A stretch of 64,000 bases of DNA from contig JACQFE010000012.1 of the NCBI GenBank assembly GCA_016200265.1, positions 20,332 to 84,331 on the forward strand. Reading direction: 5' to 3'. Made by a program: the position numbers and the translations under genes. This document shows, one piece after another, positions 35,601-42,832 of the stretch (position 1 is the first letter of the stretch; each line of letters opens with the position of its first letter). Under the pieces are notes generated by a model. It searched no databases and had not been told where the DNA came from. It saw only the letters and a list, made by a program, of their open reading frames with translations. This stretch comes from Planctomycetota bacterium (GTDB taxonomy: Bacteria > Planctomycetota > Phycisphaerae > UBA1845).

Positions 35601-37254
35601 CGAGTTGCAGATTTGATATGCGACCCTCCACTATGATTTCGGAACGAAGATAATGATGGTAGGTGACGTCCGGCGGCTCGACCGACGCCATTGCAGTGGA
35701 CTCGACGATGTTTGCCGGATGTGCGTGGGCTCCACGGACGACCGCCTTTTGCACCCGGTACGCAGCGAAGACCGTGCCCTCTTCGATGGTGAGGGCGTAC
35801 GGGGTGACGACGGATTCGACCTGACCTACAGCATCCCCAGCCGGTCGAGCGTCGCCAGCAGCAATTGGGCCGCCCACGTTCTCATGGCGTCCATTTCCGT
35901 GGGAAGTTCGATGCCCTCCGCTTCCAGTTCCCGTGTCACCGTGCGCACCAGCGCCGCCTGGTGCTCCAACGCCAGTCGATTCCAGATGAGCCACTGCTCC
36001 GTCGTCACCGGCGAGTCCGGCACCGAGATGATGCCCCCTGCCTCGTCTTCCAGAAGGAACGCAATCAATTCGAGCACCGCGTCCTTCCCGTGGGAAACTT
36101 CCTGTTGGTAGATCACCCGCATGGCTTGTGTGGCCCGCTCTCTGATGATGTTCGCGAATCCGCCCATATACGTCCTCCTGTGATAGATTTGAAAGTAGCT
36201 CGTAAGCGGGATGAACCGAAAGCCCAGTCCCGGTGATGATGTTCAGTTTACTGGATGTGGGCCCGTCGTTGTCGATGACGATGATCTGGTGGTCGAAGGT
36301 CGTGCCGAATTGGGAATACCCGCTTCCGTCCATCCCGATGTTCGCCCGAACGCGATAGCGTTGCTCGATCCCCGCCCACCAGGCACGAAACGCGGGCCGG
36401 TCGAGGGCCATGCCACGGCCCACAATGGCCACGAGCCTTCCACCAGGATTGAGCCGCAGGAGCGCCTGTTCCACATGCCTTGCGCCGAAGCGCGTGTCGT
36501 GCCCCTTCACTCGGCCGCCGGTCGCGGAGAACGGTGGGTTCATGACCACGGCGTCGTACAACTTTCCCGGCCAGAGAAGATTGTCCAGCCGCTCGGCGTC
36601 GAATGCCGTCGGGGCGAAGTCCTGCAGGAGGAGAAGCTTGATTCGTCGCGGGTTGATCTCGTTGGTGTCCACGTCGGCTCCGGCCAGGCGTGCGAGAACC
36701 GCGATGTTTCCTGTGCCGGCGCTGGGTTCGAGCACCGTCATTCCCGACCGAAGCGCGGCGGTGGTTACTACCAGCAGCGCCTCCACCGGTGGGGTGCTGA
36801 ATTGTTGGAAATCAATTTGATCCTGATCACGCCGCGTTTGCGTCGGTAGACGTGCCTGCTCGGCGAGAAGTTTTTTGAATGCGCTTCCTGGGTCGTGAAC
36901 ATCTAGACCCATTCGGCTCAGATAGATGTTGAACCCCGCTTCCGCGGCGTCATATACATCACGGCCGTGGCCGGCCGTGCGGTCAAAGAACTCCCGTGCT
37001 AATCTGAAGAGCTCGGGATTATCAAACGTTACTTGCGGGTCGGTTTCCAATAGGGCGGCAAGGCGCGTCGCCAGACGCGACTCCGGACGGTTATCATGTG
37101 GCGATAACGCAGAGCCAGTTGGCGCGACAAGCGTCTCGAATTCGAAATGCATCTGGGACCCGCTTCGCGTCCCGCACGGGGCCATCCCCGCCTCGTTCGC
37201 CTTGGTGTGAACGCCGGTTGATTGGCCAATTTTGTCATGCGCTGTCCTCCCCAT
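32659..37254 (-). CDS. Giant ORF: N6-adenine-type methyltransferase domain + strawberry-notch-like (SNF2-related) helicase; possibly not a single polypeptide
   Basis: MTase motif I VLEPSAGTGNIAVLA and motif IV VVMNPPF. Sbno-type motifs HPANIVESTAMASVEPP, GDGTGIGKGREI, AFDEAHLMKNA, AIISGAGSMGISVHAD. Residues ~365-475 are G/R/H-rich junk-like and coincide with an alternative-frame ORF (35826..36167). Confidence 0.75.
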   Translation of the reverse strand: MGRTAHDKIGQSTGVHTKANEAGMAPCGTRSGSQMHFEFETLVAPTGSALSPHDNRPESRLATRLAALLETDPQVTFDNPELFRLAREFFDRTAGHGRDVYDAAEAGFNIYLSRMGLDVHDPGSAFKKLLAEQARLPTQTRRDQDQIDFQQFSTPPVEALLVVTTAALRSGMTVLEPSAGTGNIAVLARLAGADVDTNEINPRRIKLLLLQDFAPTAFDAERLDNLLWPGKLYDAVVMNPPFSATGGRVKGHDTRFGARHVEQALLRLNPGGRLVAIVGRGMALDRPAFRAWWAGIEQRYRVRANIGMDGSGYSQFGTTFDHQIIVIDNDGPTSSKLNIITGTGLSVHPAYELLSNLSQEDVYGRIREHHQRAGHTSHAGDLPTGSFPREGRGARIDCVPSGRRGRGHHLGAGLAGDDGAVAHLESTGVGAPGGAGAHGDTGTGSGGHRTSHGNGRHENVGGPIAAGDARPAGDAVGQVESVVTPYALTIEEGTVFAAYRVQKAVVRGAHAHPANIVESTAMASVEPPDVTYHHYLRSEIIVEGRISNLQLEDVIYAGQATSMLLPDGSRKGHWNGDGTGIGKGREIYAFIYNELEQGRQKHVHLSASHQLHADAERDRDAVGVPLPIVHQARFKPTDAIFVESGILFTTYTMMSKDFDGERARFKQLTDWLGPDFDGVIAFDEAHLMKNAAAAPHGGKATVDEGTLRGNMGIALQRLFPRARVRYFSATGATEARHMAPYERLGLWGAGAPFPDFSAFLMAMERGGVAAMEMLCRDLKSVGTYLSRTISYGPTRLPDGSVVPESAVEYEPLLHRVSDAERRQYDEIADLWSELLVAFESAEHDAGQKRNAHRYAQFYSAQQRFFLQLMMAYTLPDVIPEIQRDLSQGRSVVLSLFNTGEAQADRKVRDARAQGIELSELDATPREMIVQLIETQFPLYQYREQTDPVTGNVITVRVEDAAGNPEINRENQRRQQKLLSRVADLDFPQNPMDALIARFGIWSVAEISGRTHRFENGKYVRRKIRGVPRRQLNEYETRQFQAGRKRLAIISGAGSMGISVHADVDAQNQQRRVFYAFQLSWSADQQMQAFGRVHRSNQTSAPVIRLVLLDVAGQKRLVNAVSRRLAALGALTKGERHSLSSDLFRPEDVTDYYGKAALAKLYRQVEAGQRADAGIGLRDLDRMGVLNKEKTAVRENYASNVEQFLNRIMVLHVEKQNRVFEIFYELYLEVVEAAKQNGAFDFGVEEIRARNLRRITEPQTLFVDSASGARTMIHELEGEVDVVRHTFDAAAASATHGFHRNQRSERIYAVSDHWEANRNEVFLTGVKGPRRALERHELDGKYERVDVVQARKWWEAEYANTPPTEPRRFHILSGAIFPIYDKVMGSSGIQTVKIARAVLSGGQALVGLNLSPSDVPNVKQRLGIGTPLGEATPAEILDLLSGGAVIELDNGWRLTAARIAGDDVAELILNGVPANREELRGCGICEEIISHKRRWFVVLEDATAVLPLLLAHRKPVRDLTVTEAPGSSEYTR
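35826..36167 (-). CDS. 113-aa ORF embedded in an alternative frame inside the giant MTase-helicase ORF
   Basis: AGGAGG (36174-36179) 6 nt upstream of ATG 36167. Protein-like sequence MGGFANIIRERATQAMRVIYQQEVSHGKDAVLELIAFLLEDE...LLLATLDRLGML*. Third-position G/C is much higher than in the overlapping long frame. Confidence 0.6.
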   Translation of the reverse strand: MGGFANIIRERATQAMRVIYQQEVSHGKDAVLELIAFLLEDEAGGIISVPDSPVTTEQWLIWNRLALEHQAALVRTVTRELEAEGIELPTEMDAMRTWAAQLLLATLDRLGML

Positions 37255-37323
37255 CCGTAGGTATCAGAAAAAACTACAAAGAAGTGATGTTCAGAAGAAC
37301 CGAGAAGCCCGAGTGGAAACGGC

Positions 37324-37578
37324 TTATGCGGCTTGCTCTTTTTCCTTCTCATTTTGCTCACGAATGAACGCCGCCGCTTGGCCAACAACGCTCACCAGAG
37401 CTTGCTCGTTGTCCTCGCGGAAGCTCTGTGCGTACCCGGCCTCCTCCTCACTCTTCTTGTAGGACCGGCTCAACGTATATTCGAAGAATTCGCCGTTCTT
37501 CCCGTTACGTTTCCACACCGACACGCCCACGGCTCCCTCGCGAAACGTTTGCACCGGCTTTTTCGTTTCATTTTCCAT
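37324..37578 (-). CDS. Small conserved protein, paralog 3 of the 3-member family
   Basis: 84 aa with GGAGG SD. MENETKKPVQTFREGAVGVSVWKRNGKNGEFFEYTLSRSYKKSEEEAGYAQSFREDN... Confidence 0.7.
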   Translation of the reverse strand: MENETKKPVQTFREGAVGVSVWKRNGKNGEFFEYTLSRSYKKSEEEAGYAQSFREDNEQALVSVVGQAAAFIREQNEKEKEQAA

Positions 37579-37951
37579 AAACACCTCCATGATTTGATTG
37601 TCTTCCCGATAGTGCCACATTCTTGGCACTTAAGCAAACACCGTTTGTTTCCTCGTTGCCTCTCCGTCGGAGGGGAAGAAGGGGGCGGGGGAGGTGCGGA
37701 ACCGGCGGAGTGCGGGGGTTCCGCGTCAAGCTCTTACTCCCCTGCTGAACGGATAGCAATCGTTAAGCTCAAGCGAGCACAGGTAGGCCGGGTCCCTGCC
37801 GGGGCGAGCGTTGTTGATGATCAACCGTGCAGGCATGTGTTCGATGGGGTTTCGATCGGGGTGGTTCGGACAGATTCCAGATTGATCGACAGCAGACGCC
37901 AAGAAAGAGAGGCCCGGTGGTGCCGAAAAACCTCTCTCTCGCAAGTGATGA

Positions 37952-39040
37952 TTACACGGCGAGCGTCAACAACCGCCCTGCTTTTTCATCGGCTTCGGCC
38001 CGCTCACCTGCGTGAGGCAGCTTCGCCGAAAGCCGCGTCAGGGCATCGACGACGGCGAAGATGGTGAAGCGCCCCTTCCGTCTCGCCAACTCGACCGCGT
38101 CTTTCGCTAGGGTGCGGGTGATTCCGCGTTCCTGCAAAACCTTCAACACGGACTCCGAATCGGGGCCGAGCGTAGTCTCCATCGCCTTCTTGATGACCGC
38201 GGAAAATCCATCGCGACGTTCATCACGCTGCTCGACCAGGCGCTCGATGATCGTGCGAATGGCGTACACCGATTCATGCACGTTGGCCGTGTGCTTGCGC
38301 GAAAACTCAACGACGTTCACCGCATCCCAGACGACATGATTTCCACAAACGGCCTGAAACCAAAAGGTCTGCACGCCGACGGAGCGCCGCCCGACCTCGC
38401 TGTTCCAGAGAAAAAACCCCGGTGCAAAGGCCTCGCCGTCGATCTCCGTCCAGCCGAGCGGGTCGATCATAAACACGAACATGTCTTGTTCGCCGGCATA
38501 AAGCCCCGTTCCGCGCGGGGGCTCGGGGTCGGGAACGAAGGGGATGTCTTCATCCGTCGCTTTGCCCTGTCCTCGGGCGAGTCCCGCTTGCTGCGGCGGC
38601 TGAAAGTCCGTCGCAAATTCGCGGAGCATGGTAAGTAGGTCCACGTTCCAGAGGCGCGTATAGGCGACGCCGTGGATGGACCGAACCGATTCGCCAGCCG
38701 TCAAGATTTGCACGGGCTTGTCAGCGATGGGAAGCGTTTCGTCGAACACGCGACACGCGGTCTGCGGCGTCAGTCGATTGATCGTGTCCTTGGAAACCCC
38801 TGCAAGGCGGCAAAGCTGGGCAAAGGACCAGTCGTTCATCTCGAACGGCTGGTCGCCGCCAAAGGCCAGCGCGAATCGTCCTTCGTGAACTTGGGGCCGC
38901 ACACTCTGCGGCGGATGCCAATGATCAACCGAAAGCTCCTTCCGTTTGTTGGTGTGCTCCCACAGCGCTTGAAGCGATGGGAAACACTGGTCGGGCCCTC
39001 GTCGAAACAACTCCTTGCTTGCTCGCGTTAGCGTTTGCAT
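37952..39040 (-). CDS. DUF932-like (phage/plasmid-associated) protein
   Basis: AGGAGG 8 nt before ATG 39040. FFLWNSEVGRRSVGVQTFWFQAVCGNHVVWDA resembles the conserved DUF932 core. A typical neighbour of ArdC-type genes in conjugative elements. Confidence 0.6.
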   Translation of the reverse strand: MQTLTRASKELFRRGPDQCFPSLQALWEHTNKRKELSVDHWHPPQSVRPQVHEGRFALAFGGDQPFEMNDWSFAQLCRLAGVSKDTINRLTPQTACRVFDETLPIADKPVQILTAGESVRSIHGVAYTRLWNVDLLTMLREFATDFQPPQQAGLARGQGKATDEDIPFVPDPEPPRGTGLYAGEQDMFVFMIDPLGWTEIDGEAFAPGFFLWNSEVGRRSVGVQTFWFQAVCGNHVVWDAVNVVEFSRKHTANVHESVYAIRTIIERLVEQRDERRDGFSAVIKKAMETTLGPDSESVLKVLQERGITRTLAKDAVELARRKGRFTIFAVVDALTRLSAKLPHAGERAEADEKAGRLLTLAV

Positions 39041-39296
39041 GGCGCGAACCTCCTTTCGTAAATGAAAACCTGAATGCACCACCGGCTTCTCCGTTCCGCG
39101 TCGCACCTATCGGCGCTGAACGGAGTCGGTGGAGTTCCTCTTCCCTGGTCAGTTGCAAATGAACGAGTCTGTCTATTGGTGTTATGGTGGGATCGATGGA
39201 AGTTGTGCTCTTTTCTTATTCGCGGCCTCCCCCTTTTTTTGGATTTGCACCCCCACGGACGGACGGTACGCGGTGGTTTTACCCAACTACTCGGCG

Positions 39297-40145
39297 TCAA
39301 ACCGCGGAGTGAGTTGCGTACTCAGTGATCTCGGTCGCCGGCTCCGGCTCCCCCAAGACGGCTTCGAGGATGGCTGCGGATGTACGTTGAATCCGTCCCA
39401 GCGACTCGGCCAGTGTTTCCTTGTCACCCTGATAGAGTTGGATGTAGTCGGCTGCGGCGCTGCCGGTCTCCAGCCCGATGGCTTGGCAGACAACGTAGGC
39501 AACGGCCTCAGCTTCGGTTTCGCGAAGTTTCTTGGACGATTGCGATCGATCCTCGCCCCAGTGAAGAATCTCATGGGCAAGCTCGTGGGTAAGAACGGAA
39601 AACTCCTCGGCGGGTGAGAGCGCCGAAAGAAGTTGGATGTGACCGCCGCGCGAGCAACCGTTGGCGCCGCCAAGGGACTCGGCGTATTCGAGCGTAATGC
39701 CGTGGGCGGCAACCAAGGCCTTCAACCGATCGGTGTGCCCATTGGGCGTGCCGCCAACTTGAGCGAACTCCGGAAGCGGGTCTCCGTCGGTTTGGTTGAC
39801 GTCAAAAACATACACGGCCTTGAAGCGGAGAATCGAGCGCTCGTCGCCGTTGGTTGGAGGTGGTTGGTCTTCCTTGGGCTTAATCATCATCGGGGCGATG
39901 ATGGCGATTCCCTTCTCGCCTTTCTTCACGAAGCGATTGAGTTTCTTCCACGCATTGAAGCCCGCCACTCGGGTGGCATCGGGTTTCTGCGAGACGATGA
40001 GGAGCACGTTGCCCCACGAGTAGTCATGGAATCGGCCCATCGCGGTCAAATACGTCTTCATCGACTCGCTTTGGCCGCACTCCAGGGCGGCGGCGAGGGT
40101 TTCAAGGCCTTGGTCTACAATTTTTTTCGCTTCTTCGGCTTTCAT
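39297..40145 (-). CDS. ArdC-like anti-restriction protein (N-terminal ssDNA-binding domain + HExxH metalloprotease)
   Basis: DYSWGNVLLI..., AGFNAWKKLNRFVKKGEKGIAIIAPM (ArdC-N/DUF1738-like), and VLTHELAHEILHW (zincin motif). AGGAGA SD 7 nt before ATG 40145. Confidence 0.7.
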   Translation of the reverse strand: MKAEEAKKIVDQGLETLAAALECGQSESMKTYLTAMGRFHDYSWGNVLLIVSQKPDATRVAGFNAWKKLNRFVKKGEKGIAIIAPMMIKPKEDQPPPTNGDERSILRFKAVYVFDVNQTDGDPLPEFAQVGGTPNGHTDRLKALVAAHGITLEYAESLGGANGCSRGGHIQLLSALSPAEEFSVLTHELAHEILHWGEDRSQSSKKLRETEAEAVAYVVCQAIGLETGSAAADYIQLYQGDKETLAESLGRIQRTSAAILEAVLGEPEPATEITEYATHSAV

Positions 40146-40166
40146 AATCATTTCTCCTATAAATAA

Positions 40167-40207
40167 GGGTTTGGGTTCCTTCGCCAAAGGCTGAGGGGCC
40201 CAAACCC
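40167..40207 (-). promoter_or_regulatory. SD-proximal stem-loop with GGGTTTGGG/CCCAAACCC arms
   Basis: 9-bp arms at 40167-40175 and 40199-40207, immediately 5' of the ArdC-like gene SD on the coding strand. Confidence 0.5.
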
Positions 40208-40600
40208 CCCGATGGGGAGAATCGAGTGCGCAGGACCGGACGGCCCAAGGGCGAAGCGCCTGCAAGGGGCGTGACGCACCCCGCCGAAGGCAGCGTAGCG
40301 ACGGGTGCGGCACGACCGTTGCCGCTTCGACCGATCGCCTTTCACCTCGATGGGGGTCGGGAGGGCCGAAGCACGGAACTATGAAAGCGCGGGATGCGAA
40401 ATCGGTCAGAGGCGTCGTTGAAAAAGCTTGGGGGCCGGTGAATGCGAAAGACAGAAGGAACCAGCTTGAAAAACGATCAGTGGTGAGCGCGGCGTGCTTG
40501 TACAGGTGCTCGGTTGGCCGGGCCGCGTACGGAATTCAACCGGCCAAGACAGGTCAATCGCCATGTTGGAACCCAACGCTCGCGGTGCAGGTCGAAGTCA

Positions 40601-41908
40601 TTATGGGAGAGCGACACGCACTTGGACCGCGTACAGTCCTTTCGTCAGAGATACGTCGGCGCTCCACGTTGAGAGCGAGTAGTCACCCGAAACATGAGAA
40701 GCGACGACGGAGAAACGCGCTCCGAACTCTGGTTCGATGTTGATATGAACCACAGCGAATGTTGGGTCTACGTTTGTCGTTTCGACAACGATGGATGTGG
40801 GGTCGGTGCTGTCAAAGACCACGTCGGCCTGTGCCGTGTCAAAGATTCCAACCGGGTCGTCCGGCGCGGTTACACCGGCGACGGAGACGACACGAGCCTG
40901 GGGTGCTGAACTCGGCGGCCAGATCAGCGGTGGGTTGGGAGGAGGAACGTTCACTGTGTTGGGAAAAATTGCAAGGTTGCCATCAACGGTAACGGCCTCA
41001 AGCCTGATCCGACCCAGTCCTCCCTCAAAGCCACTGCAATTGTTTCCAATGCTGCCAATGCCGCCAGCAGTCTCGATGACGCCGAATGTTGCTGTCGTGG
41101 CCCCGGCTAACCGGTTGGCGACTAAGCGGATGGCACCTCCGCTGCCGTTCCCGGCAGTACAATATGAGCGACCTCCATCGGCATGTATTTTTCCAGAAAC
41201 CATTATAGTATCACGGGCTGCGATTAGGATGGCACCACCCCCTCCGCCGCCAGCATAGAATCGAAGATCCTGGGTTTCATAGTATCTTCCGGCCCCTCCG
41301 GATCCACCGATGATCGGGAGGAGTTGGTCGTTTCCATACGTACTGCCAGCAGTTGAGCCGCCTGAACCAAGACTGCCATAGCTTCCAGCGCCTAGAGTTG
41401 AACCAGAACCAGGAATGCGTACAGAATTTCCGCCACCGGGTCCAAATCCATCCGCCGCTGGCGCAATTGACCCGAATGATCCAATGCCGCCGTAAAAGCC
41501 GCCTGGTCCGGGCCGAAGGGCACGCTGCTTAGTGAGAGCCCCTTCCTCGCCATCTAAGCTGATTGTTCCGTTTATGGTGACGTTCCCGTTAACAAGCCAG
41601 AGCACAGGCGCTCCCGATGGATGATTCAGGAAGGTCACGGTGACATTCGTAGGGATGCTTACGGAAGTGTACTTGAAGACTACCGCCCACTTATCCGGAT
41701 CGTAGATACCTTTGCCGGAAACCGGACTGGAAGCGTCCCAGACACCTGTAGCTGCTTGCGCCAAGTCAATAGCGATGTTGGCGATTGGTGAAAACGCACC
41801 ATCAGAGCCGTTGGCTCCCGGAATTGTCAGTTGACCGGCGGCCGGTTGTGAAGCAGCCGCGATCGCCGCATACAGAATTCCAAGCATCCGGTAATTCATT
41901 CGGGACAT
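40601..41908 (-). CDS. Secreted Gly-rich beta-helix-like protein, unknown function
   Basis: Signal peptide MSRMNYRMLGILYAAIAAASQPAAGQ. Gly-rich repeats (GGGGGAILIAARDTIMVSGKIHADGG, GNGSGGAIRLVANRLAG). Confidence 0.6.
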   Translation of the reverse strand: MSRMNYRMLGILYAAIAAASQPAAGQLTIPGANGSDGAFSPIANIAIDLAQAATGVWDASSPVSGKGIYDPDKWAVVFKYTSVSIPTNVTVTFLNHPSGAPVLWLVNGNVTINGTISLDGEEGALTKQRALRPGPGGFYGGIGSFGSIAPAADGFGPGGGNSVRIPGSGSTLGAGSYGSLGSGGSTAGSTYGNDQLLPIIGGSGGAGRYYETQDLRFYAGGGGGGAILIAARDTIMVSGKIHADGGRSYCTAGNGSGGAIRLVANRLAGATTATFGVIETAGGIGSIGNNCSGFEGGLGRIRLEAVTVDGNLAIFPNTVNVPPPNPPLIWPPSSAPQARVVSVAGVTAPDDPVGIFDTAQADVVFDSTDPTSIVVETTNVDPTFAVVHINIEPEFGARFSVVASHVSGDYSLSTWSADVSLTKGLYAVQVRVALP

Positions 41909-41962
41909 TGTTTGAACTCCTTTCGCAAGAAGATCGCCTATCTGGCGATGGTCTGATAGTGG

Positions 41963-42832
41963 TTATGGAGTTTGGTTCTCAACGCTGACTTCCCGCGATA
42001 TCGAATCCGAGATTTCGTTATCGAAGGCCGAATTGAACACACTGATTTCCCTGGCGACAGTGTCAGTGATCGCATTTTCAAACGTCCGATTGAAGACGCT
42101 CACCTCGCGGGAAATCAAGTCCGTTGGTGGGAGTGAACGTCCTTTCGCCAGCTTATAGATCGCAACATCAAGTGCGTTGACGCATCCATCTATGTTGAGA
42201 TCCGCATTCACGTTGAAGCCGGGCATTCCCGTGCATTTGCCAAGAGAGTTCAGAAGGACCGTACCGTCCGCGTCGTTTACAACTCCGTCGCGGTTGACGT
42301 CGCCTTGAAGAATGTTGATTCGAAAAACGGCACGCCCGCCGGGGCTACCGTTCCCGGAAGGCAGGGTCGGGTTGGCGGGGTCGTCAATCTCGCCATCCAG
42401 TGGGTTGCCTGCGGCATCGGTGATCGCGTCAGTAACGATCAGGGTCAATCTGTCGTCCCGCACAGGTGTAGCCGGCGTTATGATGAGCGTGTTCGTAGCG
42501 CTGTCATAGGACGTGCCGTATACCGTGACCCCGCCATGCCAAAGAGTCCAACTTAAGACCGCGCCGACAGGTGGGATGATCACCGTTTCGCTAAAGCCAA
42601 CACGGATTTCTCGGACACCGATATTGTCAACCACCCAGTTCGCAGGTGATGGTGTAATGCTAATAATTCGAGGCGGCGTGATGTCGGCATTGCGCTGCGT
42701 TTTGTTGGCGACGGTGAGTCGCGTCTCGGAAGTGTTCGGTGGCCGCTGGGCCCAAACTGTGGCCGAATGTCTAGCGCCGATGACGAGCGCTAGAGATGCT
42801 GTTGTAAGCCATATCAAACGTTGCCGGGTCAT
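41963..42832 (-). CDS. Secreted protein with Ig-like region, dockerin/EF-hand-like repeats and C-terminal 19-aa tandem repeats
   Basis: ATG 42832 overlaps the upstream stop (ATGA). Signal peptide MTRQRLIWLTTASLALVIGARHSATVWAQ. GDVNRDGVVNDAD and ADLNIDGCVNALDVA. C-terminus REVSVFNRTFENAITDTVA / REISVFNSAFDNEISDSIS / REVSVENQTP. Confidence 0.7.
   Translation of the reverse strand: MTRQRLIWLTTASLALVIGARHSATVWAQRPPNTSETRLTVANKTQRNADITPPRIISITPSPANWVVDNIGVREIRVGFSETVIIPPVGAVLSWTLWHGGVTVYGTSYDSATNTLIITPATPVRDDRLTLIVTDAITDAAGNPLDGEIDDPANPTLPSGNGSPGGRAVFRINILQGDVNRDGVVNDADGTVLLNSLGKCTGMPGFNVNADLNIDGCVNALDVAIYKLAKGRSLPPTDLISREVSVFNRTFENAITDTVAREISVFNSAFDNEISDSISREVSVENQTP

Larger units (their letters stand above)
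11396..40400. mobile_element. Integrated mobilizable/conjugative element (integrase + relaxase + coupling protein + partition + anti-restriction-type cargo); right boundary not identified
   Basis: Starts at the tRNA-Gly/integrase junction. Contains int, T4CP, MobF relaxase, RHH accessory protein, ParA, Xis-like HTH, ArdC-like, DUF932-like, ParB-like, methyltransferases and a TA pair. After 40.4 kb the genes look chromosomal. No terminal direct repeat found by eye. Confidence 0.65.

Noticed and set aside
39225-39245. Run of about 9 T as an intrinsic terminator after the ArdC-like gene
   Set aside because: The gene is on the minus strand, where this reads as an A-run. No GC-rich hairpin precedes a T-run on either strand.
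40314-40600. Right-hand attachment site of the element
   Set aside because: I looked for copies of either end of the tRNA-Gly and of the TTTGCTCTACTTAAGC repeat and found none. The only partial match is an 11-mer, ACTTAAGCAAA, at about 37622-37632. The right border therefore remains undefined rather than called.
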